IMG/VR virus record: IMGVR_UViG_3300024051_000139
Span: 1 to 59,477 of that record
Origin: a virus
Lineage: Duplodnaviria > Caudoviricetes
DNA: 59,477 nt
Reading direction: 5' to 3' (one strand)
In this document: one piece after another, positions 1-9,091 of the stretch
Position numbering within the stretch: position 1 is the stretch's first letter
How the letters are laid out: every line of letters starts with the position of its first letter
Program-made: the position numbers and the translations under genes
The notes under the pieces: model-generated
Seen by the model: the letters and a program-made list of their open reading frames with translations, nothing else
Databases searched by the model: none
What the model was told of the DNA's origin: nothing

Positions 1-1275
1 ATGGACAATCAGAAGCGGAAAATCACCAATCGCATGGTGGATGAAATCGAGGTTAGGACAAAAGAATTCGTGGTTTGGGATTCTGTTATCCCTGGCTTCG
101 GTCTTCGCGTCCGCCCTTCCGGTGGGAAGTCTTTTATCTTCACCTATCGCAGTGAAGGCGGTCGCGCAGGCAAGGTCCAGCGGGTCACAATCGGCAACGC
201 CACCAAGCTCAAAGCTGATCCGGCGCGCGAAGAGGCCAAACGCCTCGCTGCGCTTCATTTTGCTGGCGTTGATACTGCGGAGGAGAAAGCCGCCGAACGG
301 GTGGAGATCAAGGCGCAGAAAGACGCCCCCACCGTTTCCGATCTGCTGGACCGCTTTTTAAAGGATCACGCGAGACCGACGCTGAAGGCCAAAACGGCGG
401 ATGAATATGAGAGACTGATTGAAAAGATACTGAAGCCGGAGATCGGCACTATCAAGGTGGCCGCTCTCGCCACGAAAGACGTATCGGAAATGCATCACCG
501 TTTGCGAGAGAAGCCGACGCAAGCCGCCTTGGCCGTTCGTGTCCTTTCCAGTGCCATTACCTGCGGCATTGAATGGGGATTGCGCGAGGCTGGCAGCAAT
601 CCTGCAAAGATCAGACTGAAGGGAAGCCGCCGCCGGGAGCGCTTATTCTCCGACGCCGAGGTGGTACGCCTGAAGGCAGCAATCGACCAGTTGGAAAAAG
701 ACGGGAAGATTATGGCATCCGTCGCCCTTGGTCTTCGCCTGCTTTTTGAGAGCGGTTGCCGAGCGGGTGAGGTTTGCGCCCTTCGCTGGTCGAATATCGA
801 CTTCGACGAAGACGTGATGCGATGGTCGGATACAAAAACAGGTGCGCTTGAGAAGGCAATGACATCCGCCGGCAAGAGGCTGCTTCAAGCGGCGTACGCA
901 ACCCGCGACAGATTGATAGACTTCGTGTGCCCCTCGTCCATCGGAAAGCAGTTGCGTGTTGAAACGCTGGAGTGCGGCTTCGAGAAGGCTATGAAGCTCG
1001 CGAATGTTTCCGCGAACGAGAATGCCAGTCTTCACCTGATCCGGCATTATTTTAGCTCGAAGACATACAACGATCCAGATATCCCGCTCCCTATTGCCAT
1101 GAAAATCGTCGGGCACAAGTCCGTCCAGACCGCGATGCGCTACGCGCATGTCGCTCAGGAGGAATTGCGGAAAGCGACCTTGAAGGCGGAGAGAAAGCGC
1201 GCTGCTGCGCTGAAGGTTGCTGAAAATAAGGGGAAGGTGCTGCGGTTTCCTGACTCTGGAGGAAATAGCCGATGA
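1..1275 (+). CDS. int: Tyrosine recombinase/integrase with N-terminal arm-binding domain
   Basis: N-terminal 'VWDSVIPGFGLRVRPSG' arm-binding motif; catalytic motifs 'SGCRAGE', 'HLIRH', 'VGHKSVQTAMRY'. Confidence 0.95.
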   Translation: MDNQKRKITNRMVDEIEVRTKEFVVWDSVIPGFGLRVRPSGGKSFIFTYRSEGGRAGKVQRVTIGNATKLKADPAREEAKRLAALHFAGVDTAEEKAAERVEIKAQKDAPTVSDLLDRFLKDHARPTLKAKTADEYERLIEKILKPEIGTIKVAALATKDVSEMHHRLREKPTQAALAVRVLSSAITCGIEWGLREAGSNPAKIRLKGSRRRERLFSDAEVVRLKAAIDQLEKDGKIMASVALGLRLLFESGCRAGEVCALRWSNIDFDEDVMRWSDTKTGALEKAMTSAGKRLLQAAYATRDRLIDFVCPSSIGKQLRVETLECGFEKAMKLANVSANENASLHLIRHYFSSKTYNDPDIPLPIAMKIVGHKSVQTAMRYAHVAQEELRKATLKAERKRAAALKVAENKGKVLRFPDSGGNSR

Positions 1276-1979
1276 GCGAAAAACTGACAAATTTCGCCTA
1301 TGGAGAAGTAGAGTGGAATGCTATTTTTTCTTTGTTTAAATGGGAGGGGCGCGAGGATTTTTTGGACCTACGGTCAAGCTACAAGAAGATATTCGAGAAC
1401 ATTGCCTGGATATACATTCGAAATTTTCATGTAGAAAATGAGGATACTCTTAAGTTTCAAAGGGATAAATCGAGAAAGGAACCGGATTGGGACCGTCTTG
1501 AGCGTGAACGTGATCGCCTTCTTCGCGTTCTCTCTGAGGAAAACTATCAAGATAATGTTCTCATCAAGGCGTTGAAGAGGATATCTTCACCGACAAAATC
1601 CGAAATAAACCAGGAGGAAATGTGGTTTCTCAACTCAAAACTCTCCCCTCACCACAACGAGAAGGTCGCGAGGAGGGTCTATTTAGAGCAATGCCTGAAC
1701 GTACTCGTAAACATAGGTGAATTTTCGAAGATAAAGAAATTAGATGGATTCTGGCTTGACGTTTTAATGGAGTTAAGCTCGCCAGTTTTGTTCTCCAAGG
1801 ATACCTTTAAATCAAAGGATGGTGACAGCGGGCGAGAAAGGCTTAGGAAAGAGCTTGCAAAGATAAGATCGGAGGGCTTTACCCATTACGATCATAGCGA
1901 GTTTTTAGTAGCGGTGGATGCCGCTCATCGACGACAAGCGATTGAAGCAAAGCGGCGGCGGAAAAATGCTATGAAATAG
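1272..1979 (+). CDS. Hypothetical protein (AT-rich cargo coupled to int)
   Basis: 235-aa ORF with ATGA overlap on the int stop; visibly lower GC than neighbours. Confidence 0.7.
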   Translation: MSEKLTNFAYGEVEWNAIFSLFKWEGREDFLDLRSSYKKIFENIAWIYIRNFHVENEDTLKFQRDKSRKEPDWDRLERERDRLLRVLSEENYQDNVLIKALKRISSPTKSEINQEEMWFLNSKLSPHHNEKVARRVYLEQCLNVLVNIGEFSKIKKLDGFWLDVLMELSSPVLFSKDTFKSKDGDSGRERLRKELAKIRSEGFTHYDHSEFLVAVDAAHRRQAIEAKRRRKNAMK

Positions 1980-2054
1980 GAAAACATCTTTCCTTTCCAT
2001 TCTTCCGCATCGTCTCGCATAATCCCTCCATACCTCAACGAAAGGAGGGATTTC

Positions 2055-2261
2055 ATGCATCAAGATGTAAGGTTTCCACCGAAGGAAGCCGCTCAATATC
2101 TCACGGAGCGGGGACGCCCCGTAGAACCGAGCACACTTGCTTGGTGGCGTAGTCAGGGTAAAGGCCCGAAGTTCTTCAAGGTCATGGGCCGCATCAGCTA
2201 TTCGCAGTCTCATCTAGACGAACTGATCGCCGCGGGCGAAACCGACCCCACGACACGGTAG
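2055..2261 (+). CDS. AlpA/excisionase-like winged-HTH DNA-binding protein
   Basis: 'PKEAAQYL...STLAWWRSQGKGPKFFKVMGRISYSQSHLDE' pattern; GGAGG RBS upstream. Confidence 0.85.
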   Translation: MHQDVRFPPKEAAQYLTERGRPVEPSTLAWWRSQGKGPKFFKVMGRISYSQSHLDELIAAGETDPTTR

Positions 2262-2270
2262 GAGGGTTCT

Positions 2271-2477
2271 ATGACTGAAGTTACAAAGGAACAGGCAGCG
2301 GGTGCAATCCGCTTGCTGGACGAATTTGGGAACAAGTATCCGGCGTTCATGTTAGCCGCTTTGAACAGCGGTGATGTCTTCAATTACATTGGAACACAAA
2401 CAGAAAAGGGTAACGCTATTGCCCTTGAGATCACAGAGGCCGCGAAGGCTCGCGGTATTCTTCCGACGTTTGACTAA
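2271..2477 (+). CDS. Hypothetical protein
   Basis: ORF with AGGAGG RBS in co-directional operon. Confidence 0.6.
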   Translation: MTEVTKEQAAGAIRLLDEFGNKYPAFMLAALNSGDVFNYIGTQTEKGNAIALEITEAAKARGILPTFD

Positions 2478-2544
2478 TCACTTGAATTAATCCCGAGCGC
2501 GGCGGTTTCCGCGCACCCACCAAAATTGAAGAAGGAGACAAACG

Positions 2545-2820
2545 ATGGCCTATAGCCACGATGGCGAACCCGTGCTCAATTTTCAGAACAAAGCCGAATG
2601 GCGCCGTTTTACGAAAGACCTGCATGAATTGCTGACCTTGGGGTCAGAGTTTGCGGCTGCTGTAAAAGCCGGGAGGCCAGCTCATGCCAAGATTTCGTTT
2701 CCGCCAGAGGAACTGAACGCGAGGCTGAAACTCATGGCCGATTTTCTCGGCGGCATGTCTTCTTGCTTGTTCATGATCGCCGATATCGAAACGGAATGCC
2801 TCGTAGTCGCAAACGACTAA
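2545..2820 (+). CDS. Hypothetical protein
   Basis: ORF with AAGGAG RBS. Confidence 0.6.
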   Translation: MAYSHDGEPVLNFQNKAEWRRFTKDLHELLTLGSEFAAAVKAGRPAHAKISFPPEELNARLKLMADFLGGMSSCLFMIADIETECLVVAND

Positions 2821-2867
2821 CCCGCGCCCCGGCGCACCACACCCCATAAATCAAAAGGAACTGAAAC

Positions 2868-3299
2868 ATGACCGAGATCATGACCGGCGAAGCCATGTCC
2901 GAAATCCGCCGCTGGCTTCAACTCTACCGCACAATCGACCGTGCGCTTCACCAGTTTTCCCCGATGCCCGCGCCAGCGATGGACAATTTTGTCGGCGGCG
3001 CATCCCTCATCGCCAAGGCCATCATCACAAGCCAGCCCAACACTGAGGCGGACGTTGCCGACCTGCTGCGGTTTGCCATCGATCTCATGACCGACAGCGA
3101 CGGATGGAATAGCCAGGCAAATCAGGCATCCGAGAGCGCCCTCGCTCATGCTGCAAAGTTGGCGTGCATGTCGAGCGCAACGAATGAACTCGTGAAAACG
3201 GTTCGACTTCTCGCTTCGCTCGACGTGGACGAATGCGGCTCCACCGGAGTCAGAACCTTTGTCAAACATTACTGCCCGGCCCTGGAGGCTGCGGCATGA
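2868..3299 (+). CDS. Hypothetical protein
   Basis: ORF with AAGGA RBS; stop overlaps next start (ATGA). Confidence 0.6.
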   Translation: MTEIMTGEAMSEIRRWLQLYRTIDRALHQFSPMPAPAMDNFVGGASLIAKAIITSQPNTEADVADLLRFAIDLMTDSDGWNSQANQASESALAHAAKLACMSSATNELVKTVRLLASLDVDECGSTGVRTFVKHYCPALEAAA

Positions 3300-3607
3300 G
3301 CACCGTCGTCAAACTGCAAACACCGTGGCAGAAGGTTTCCGGCGATCCAGGTCGATATAACCCTCTTCTGGTGATGCAGGTCGGTGTCCTTCTGGCTGCT
3401 GGCCTCGGCCGCGGGAAGATGACCGACGACGAGATAAACGGTGTCTTTTCCTTGGCGGAGGAGATTGCGGCTTCCATCCCCGCACTCGCCCGTCTTCCGA
3501 GACGAGAGCGTGCCGAGCTTAACGACATCGCCCACGAATACCTATCCGGTGATCCGGCAGCGATCTGTGACTTGCTGGATGATCTAAGGCAGGAACTGGC
3601 GGAATAA
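3296..3607 (+). CDS. Hypothetical protein
   Basis: ATG at 3296 overlaps upstream stop (MSTVVKLQ...). Confidence 0.6.
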   Translation: MSTVVKLQTPWQKVSGDPGRYNPLLVMQVGVLLAAGLGRGKMTDDEINGVFSLAEEIAASIPALARLPRRERAELNDIAHEYLSGDPAAICDLLDDLRQELAE

Positions 3608-3654
3608 CCGCCCCTCTACACACCCCACCCCCTCAAATCTAGGAGAATTTGAAC

Positions 3655-4263
3655 ATGGCCGATGCCGTGAATACCCTTCCCATGCCCGGAATTAACTTCA
3701 CCGCTGAGTTTGAAGCGTTTGCAAAGATGGTAGAAATCAGCCGCGATTTGCTCGCTGAATCCATCGGAGACGCGGGTGACACCAAGACACCGGAACTTGT
3801 GCTGAGCGTTCTGGACGGCGCTGTGCAGCTTTCCGAGCGCGCGGCTGCATCATATAAAACGATGGCCCACGCTTGGCTGTCGAAAACCCGATGGATAGAG
3901 GCGAAAGTTGCCGAGAATGAAGAAGTCCTTTCCGATCTCAATGAGCGGACGAAGGATTTAGGCAGCTTCGCGGGCCCGATGGATATCGCCACCCGCGCAA
4001 TCGAGGTTGACGTCTATGCCAGGGCGGAGCAGTACGCGAAGGAAGCCCTGCACGAGGCTTACGACGAATTCAAACGCGAAGCCGAGATCGACCATGTTGA
4101 GCGGGACTCTTCGGACTGGGATTTGATGATGGAGGCCACCAAGCCGGAATACGAGGTCTTGCAGAAGGCCAAGCGTGACCACCGAAACGCCCGCCGCCGC
4201 TTGGAGACAGCAATCCGTCGTCATCGGCTCAATAGCTTTTCGCGGGCTGATATCGCCGCATGA
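3655..4263 (+). CDS. Hypothetical helical protein
   Basis: AGGAG RBS upstream; 202-aa ORF. Confidence 0.65.
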   Translation: MADAVNTLPMPGINFTAEFEAFAKMVEISRDLLAESIGDAGDTKTPELVLSVLDGAVQLSERAAASYKTMAHAWLSKTRWIEAKVAENEEVLSDLNERTKDLGSFAGPMDIATRAIEVDVYARAEQYAKEALHEAYDEFKREAEIDHVERDSSDWDLMMEATKPEYEVLQKAKRDHRNARRRLETAIRRHRLNSFSRADIAA

Positions 4264-4418
4264 GCAATGATGCAATCGAGCGGGCGGCACGATGGCTTGC
4301 CGCCCAGAAGGAAGTTCCACAGCCGGTCTTGCGCCGGCTGATGGAGGACTTCCAACTCACGGCTGTTGAAGCGGCGAAGGCCTGCACGCGGGCGAACGAG
4401 TATCGGAAAATCGGATAG
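4260..4418 (+). CDS. Small hypothetical protein (52 aa; not in ORF track)
   Basis: Overlaps both neighbours (ATGA and TAGTG); MSNDAIERAARWLAAQ... Confidence 0.55.
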   Translation: MSNDAIERAARWLAAQKEVPQPVLRRLMEDFQLTAVEAAKACTRANEYRKIG

Positions 4419-5014
4419 TGGCTATATTCAACCAGCGCGATAAAAGCCGTACCAGCCCCGGAAAAACAAGGTCTCTGGTGATCAAGCACACCCGCCCGCC
4501 CACATCGGATGAAATAGGCGCGGACGGAAAGCAGGGATGGCTTTGGCTCACGATACAAATGTTAGAGTCGCCAGCCTATCGGACTTTAAGCGGCAACGCC
4601 ATGAAGGCCTTCGCTCGAATTCTGATCGAGCATCGTGCGCACGGTGGTTTTGAAAATGGAAAACTTACAGTCACGCATCAAGATTTCATCGAATACGGCG
4701 TTTCGCGTGGTTATGTTGGCGATGCTGTTGATGAGCTAGAATACAAGGGATTGATCCGGGTAAAGCGCGGTCGCTCTGGAGCGGGAACGCCGCACGCCAG
4801 CATATACACGTTAACTTATGTGGGCGACTACGAAGGCGCACCGCCTACCAATGATTGGCGCAATTGCACGATGGAGCGGTGCAAAAAGTGGTCGGACATC
4901 GACCGGAAACGGGCCGAGGAAAAGCGCGCGAAACTTGGCCGCAAGAAAAAAACGCCGGTACGGGATTCCGTAATATTGCCGGTACGGGATTCCGTAATTT
5001 TAAAGGTCTCGTGA
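4418..5014 (+). CDS. HTH-type replication initiator-like protein
   Basis: 'LESPAYRTLSGNAMK...ENGKLTVT...VDELEYKGLIRV' winged-HTH pattern; 3' end contains tandem iteron-like repeats. Confidence 0.65.
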   Translation: MAIFNQRDKSRTSPGKTRSLVIKHTRPPTSDEIGADGKQGWLWLTIQMLESPAYRTLSGNAMKAFARILIEHRAHGGFENGKLTVTHQDFIEYGVSRGYVGDAVDELEYKGLIRVKRGRSGAGTPHASIYTLTYVGDYEGAPPTNDWRNCTMERCKKWSDIDRKRAEEKRAKLGRKKKTPVRDSVILPVRDSVILKVS

Positions 5015-5075
5015 CGATGCCGAACGGAAAAACCTCAGAAAATTCAATAGGTATAAAATTACGGGATTCCGTAAT
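4954..5075. repeat. Iteron-like repeats, putative origin of element 1
   Basis: GCCGGTACGGGATTCCGTAAT at 4954-4974 and 4978-4998; TACGGGATTCCGTAAT again at 5060-5075 in an AT-rich tract. Confidence 0.75.
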
Positions 5076-5107
5076 CCTATATAGATTATGGGAGGAAGCA
5101 GGCGCCG

Positions 5108-5419
5108 ATGACTAGCGAAGACACTCCTGACCTCCCGCTGTTTCGGTGGACCCCGCCGACACGGTTCATACCTTATCCGCTTGACCGGCAAGTTGGTAAA
5201 ATTCGAGACGTAGCCCGCAAGCTGGCAGACAAACCCTCAGAGAAGACAGCCGCGAACTACCGCAATCTGATCACGGATGGCTTTGCGCGGAAACTGACGG
5301 AGTACGGAGTGCCGCAAGGGGACCAAATCACGATGATTGCCGCCTTCTGGAAAGCGGTCGATCAGGAGGTGGTTCGACTGAGTTACAAGAATCCGAGTTC
5401 AGGAGATGGCGTAGCGTGA
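5108..5419 (+). CDS. Hypothetical protein (DUF6074-like)
   Basis: 'DLPLFRWTPP..IPYPLDRQVGKIRDVARKL' resembles a small rhizobial prophage family, recalled from memory. Confidence 0.55.
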   Translation: MTSEDTPDLPLFRWTPPTRFIPYPLDRQVGKIRDVARKLADKPSEKTAANYRNLITDGFARKLTEYGVPQGDQITMIAAFWKAVDQEVVRLSYKNPSSGDGVA

Positions 5420-5500
5420 CCTTCCCCGTAGGCACCTCTTACAATCGAGATTTGTCAGGAGTATAATCACTTCAATCAAAGAGAAAGGAGCTACTTTTCT

Positions 5501-5668
5501 ATGTCTATGCGTCTATTGTCCGAAGCAGAGAAGGAACATGAACGTGTTGTGCGTATCGCGTACGAGCGCCTATCCTACCCGTACCATGAGATCATCGTCA
5601 CGGTAGACGATTACACTGATAGCGACGGCCACCCGCTTTGCCGTATCCTCATACGCGGCAATTTTTGA
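5501..5668 (+). CDS. Small hypothetical protein (55 aa)
   Basis: AAGGAG RBS; ATG 5501 to TGA 5666-5668. Confidence 0.45.
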   Translation: MSMRLLSEAEKEHERVVRIAYERLSYPYHEIIVTVDDYTDSDGHPLCRILIRGNF

Positions 5669-5943
5669 TTTTGGTGCTATCGAGCCGCCACCCTTTCCGT
5701 TGCGGGCCACCCTTCATTTGCAGCCCTGCCGCATCGCAGGGAGGTGCGTCCGAAATTCGGACGCACACCTGCCGCCACCCTCGTTCCGCAGCCCTGCCGC
5801 ATCTGATCTTGGCTTAACCCTGCGGCTTATCTGCTAAAAACGCCCCAAAAGAGCGTGCAGGAATTTCCGGAAAACCGCCCCAAATCGGTCTACCGCGAAA
5901 TATTTTTATCCCGTTGAAATGATTCAAGTATTTCCGACTCTGC

Positions 5944-5958
5944 GAACAAAATAAGAAC
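5944..5958 (+). promoter_or_regulatory. Alphaproteobacterial LexA (SOS) box
   Basis: GAAC-AAAATAA-GAAC matches GAAC-N7-GAAC; lies 6 bp upstream of TTGACA (5965-5970). Confidence 0.7.
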
Positions 5959-5964
5959 GACGAC

Positions 5965-5994
5965 TTGACAAAATCGCGATTTACGACTCAAGAT
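5965..5994 (+). promoter_or_regulatory. Putative sigma70 promoter for the structural operon
   Basis: Perfect TTGACA -35; weak -10 (CAAGAT) at 18-bp spacing. Confidence 0.45.
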
Positions 5995-6104
5995 GTAGGG
6001 GAATCTGATCCTTGAAACAGGGATAGAATCAGCAAAACGCTAGTAAACTCGGGCGTTTTCGGCGCTTTATAAGAGCGAAAACACAGAATCACTTTGAACA
6101 ACGG

Positions 6105-6134
6105 ACCCGCCATCGAAAGATTGGCGGGTTTTTT
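6105..6134 (+). terminator. Intrinsic terminator/attenuator in the late-operon leader
   Basis: ACCCGCCATC-GAAA-GATTGGCGGGT hairpin (one bulge) followed by a T-run. Confidence 0.7.
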
Positions 6135-6237
6135 GTTATCTATACCTGTGCAGTCAGGTTCGTTGGCGCGTAGAAACTGCGCAGGTCGCCGTCGTTGGGG
6201 CACTCCTCCCCAGCGGCGGCATTTTTATGGGTGACGA

Positions 6238-7959
6238 ATGGTTGCTGTAGTCGGGTCGCTTGCTGCTATTCTTACGGCGGATGCGTCTAAATTTACGAAC
6301 GCGCTGAACCAGGCGGGAATCCTCGTCACGAAGACGGAGCGGAATGCGAACTCGTCTTTCAGTCGCATGTCGAAGAACACCACAGGCAGCTTCTCCGCGA
6401 TGGCGAAGGCGGGATCGCTCTTCGGCGGCGTTCTCGCATCCTTGACCGCTGGCATGTCGTTGAAGGGCGCACAGCAGCTTATCGACAGCAGCATCAAGAT
6501 TGAGAACGCGCTGAAAGTTGCCGGCCTGGCAGGGACCGAACTCACCGAAGTTTATAACAGCCTGTTTCAATCGGCACAGAAGAACGCCGCACCGCTCGAA
6601 GCCCTCGTAACGCTCTACGGTCGCGCCAGTCTTGTCCAGAAGGAACTCAATGTCTCCCAAGCGGAAATGTTGAATTTTACGGACAAAATCGCCCTCGCAT
6701 TGCGTGTCGGCGGGCAGTCGGCAGCGGAATCGTCTGGTGCGCTTCTCCAGCTTTCGCAGGCGCTCGGTGCCGGAACCGTGAGGGCGGAGGAATTCTCAAG
6801 TATATTAGAAGGTGCTTTACCGATCGCTCAGGCTGCGGCGGCGGGTCTCAAGGAAGCCGGTGGCAGTGTCGCGAAACTTCGTCAGCTTGTAGTCGATGGC
6901 AAGGTATCCTCGGAAGCATTCTTCCGTGCTTTCGAGGCTGGCGCGGCCACGCTTGAAGACAAGGTTGCGGGCGCGGAACTGACCGTCGCGCAGCAATTCG
7001 TGCGCTTGCAGAATGTCCTCATCGATACCGCCGGCAAGATCGACAAGGCGACCGGGGCGGCCGGGAGGATGGGTTCCACCATTGAAACCCTGTCCCGCAC
7101 CATTGCCGAGTTTGGCCGTGTAGTCGAGCGGACTTCCGATTCCGACCTCGGGGCGTTGCTCGGCTGGTTTGCCGATGCCATCGAAAAGGCGAACCAGTTC
7201 AAGGATGTCATGGGCGGCGTCCTTGGCATCCTCCAGAAGATGTCCACCTTTAACGCCGACATGTTCGCGGGCCGCGAGATCGGATCCACCCTCAAAGAGG
7301 AGAACATCCAGAATCGAATTGATGCGGCCTTTGAGGGAACGGGCGTCACGCCGAAGACAAGCCGCCTGCCGGCTGAAAACGTCGATCCTGTCGCGAACGC
7401 GGTTTCGATCTCCGACTACAAGGTTCCCGCTTCATCTAAGAAGGGCCGTGGCCGCTCCCGGTCGGCTGATGAACTTCAGCGGGAGATTGCTCAAATCAAG
7501 GAGCGGACGAATTCCCTCACGGCAATGACTGCCGCACAGGCCGGCATCAATCCTCTGGTCGAGGATTTCGGATTTGCAATCGAGCAGGCGAAGGCCAAGC
7601 AAGACCTAATAAACGCGGCGCAAAAGGCCGGCATCACGATCACCCCGGAGCTTGAAGCGAAGATCGACGGGCTTGCGACAGGTTATGCGAACGCTTCTGC
7701 CGCCGCTGAGAAACTTGCAGTCGAGCAAGACAAGATCAAGCAGAAGGCTGAGGAATGGAACGCCGCCACCCGCGACGTAACTCAAGGCTTTGTAAAAGAC
7801 CTGATGAGCGGCAAGAGCGCTGCCGAAGCCCTCGCCAATGCACTGCAAAAAGTAATCGATAAATTGTTGGATTCCGCCTTCGACAGCCTGTTTTCCACGG
7901 CGGGCGGCGGTGGAAGTGGGGAACTAATCTCCCTCAATATTTGGAGTGAAGCGGAATGA
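6238..7959 (+). CDS. Short tape-measure-like protein (573 aa)
   Basis: Tape-measure N-terminal motif 'GALLQLSQALGAGTVRAEEFSSILE'; Ala-rich and helical. Confidence 0.85.
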   Translation: MVAVVGSLAAILTADASKFTNALNQAGILVTKTERNANSSFSRMSKNTTGSFSAMAKAGSLFGGVLASLTAGMSLKGAQQLIDSSIKIENALKVAGLAGTELTEVYNSLFQSAQKNAAPLEALVTLYGRASLVQKELNVSQAEMLNFTDKIALALRVGGQSAAESSGALLQLSQALGAGTVRAEEFSSILEGALPIAQAAAAGLKEAGGSVAKLRQLVVDGKVSSEAFFRAFEAGAATLEDKVAGAELTVAQQFVRLQNVLIDTAGKIDKATGAAGRMGSTIETLSRTIAEFGRVVERTSDSDLGALLGWFADAIEKANQFKDVMGGVLGILQKMSTFNADMFAGREIGSTLKEENIQNRIDAAFEGTGVTPKTSRLPAENVDPVANAVSISDYKVPASSKKGRGRSRSADELQREIAQIKERTNSLTAMTAAQAGINPLVEDFGFAIEQAKAKQDLINAAQKAGITITPELEAKIDGLATGYANASAAAEKLAVEQDKIKQKAEEWNAATRDVTQGFVKDLMSGKSAAEALANALQKVIDKLLDSAFDSLFSTAGGGGSGELISLNIWSEAE

Positions 7960-8657
7960 CTCTGGCTTATTCTGTTGTGCATCAGGACTGCGTTCAGATT
8001 CTCTCTGACGCGGCGATCTATCTGCCGGACGGAACACTGGTTGACTTCAAACAGAAAGTTTTCACGTCTCCCTCTGTCCCGCTGGCCGTGATTTCGATTG
8101 GCAGCAGTGAGATGGGCGATATCATTTCCGAAGCGATCATTGAGGTTAGCGCCATCGGTTCTTTCGATGTTGCAATCCTTATCATCGAGGAAATCATTCA
8201 TCGGCTGGAAGGGCATGTACCGGACGGACACGATTTTTCGCTGATCCTCTCCGGCATCTCGGAGAGTCGTGGCCCTTGCCATTTTTTTGCGACCACAAAG
8301 GTCAATGACAAGACGCCCGCTTATTCTCTGTTCCAACTCAGTACGCCGGAATTCGGCAATATGGTAGGAACTTCGGCTGAAGAACTCGCGGCCATTGGGT
8401 TCACGCCGGCAGTTGCACAGGCGCTTGGCCCTGATTTCCTCCGCCAATACGGCGTTGCACTTGCGGAAGTCATGCGACGCAAGAAAACGACGAACTGGAT
8501 GGCCCCCGATAGGCCGGCTCTTCACATCATCGGCGGCTTCCTTCAGCTCACAACGATTACCGCAGAAGGCTGTGCCACCGAGACGTTGACGACATGGCCC
8601 GAAGATCAGATCGGGCAGAAGATCAATCCCTTCGGCCAAGTCGTCGAAGCAGCTTAA
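7956..8657 (+). CDS. Putative Ntn-hydrolase (proteasome beta/HslV-like) protein
   Basis: After Met removal: Thr1, Asp17, Lys33, Gly48; ATGA-coupled to the tape-measure gene. Confidence 0.55.
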   Translation: MTLAYSVVHQDCVQILSDAAIYLPDGTLVDFKQKVFTSPSVPLAVISIGSSEMGDIISEAIIEVSAIGSFDVAILIIEEIIHRLEGHVPDGHDFSLILSGISESRGPCHFFATTKVNDKTPAYSLFQLSTPEFGNMVGTSAEELAAIGFTPAVAQALGPDFLRQYGVALAEVMRRKKTTNWMAPDRPALHIIGGFLQLTTITAEGCATETLTTWPEDQIGQKINPFGQVVEAA

Positions 8658-8791
8658 CGCTCGACATGCACACGACTTACAGATGGGCGCGGCTTGAGCG
8701 TCCGCGCGTCCCAGACTGGCAAATTTGTCGTTCTATCCACGAATGGGACCCGTTCAGGGGGCAACTGAAGTCCCCGCAGAAGGAAACCGAC

Positions 8792-9091
8792 ATGGTTGAT
8801 ATGGTTATCTCGTACCCAGAGGCGGGTGCGCACGCCATCTTGTCTTTCGAAGTAGCAGACTTTGAGCGGCTGGAAGAGGCTTATGGTGACAATTACGTCA
8901 AGGCGATCTTCGAGGGGCTAGACCGTACCGACGTCAAGATCATCAGGAATTGCATCAACATCGGCCTGAAAGGTGGTGATCACGCAGCGGCGCTGAATTC
9001 TGTGCCCCTCAACCACATCGCCACTCGCATTGCCGACGCCTTGTACCTCCGTATTCGCGGCTTCAAGATGTCGGAAGGCGTTGCCGAATGA
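8792..9091 (+). CDS. Hypothetical protein, possibly tail-assembly-chaperone-like
   Basis: AAGGA RBS, ATG 8792; 99-aa helical protein ('LSFEVADFERLEEAYG'). Confidence 0.5.
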   Translation: MVDMVISYPEAGAHAILSFEVADFERLEEAYGDNYVKAIFEGLDRTDVKIIRNCINIGLKGGDHAAALNSVPLNHIATRIADALYLRIRGFKMSEGVAE

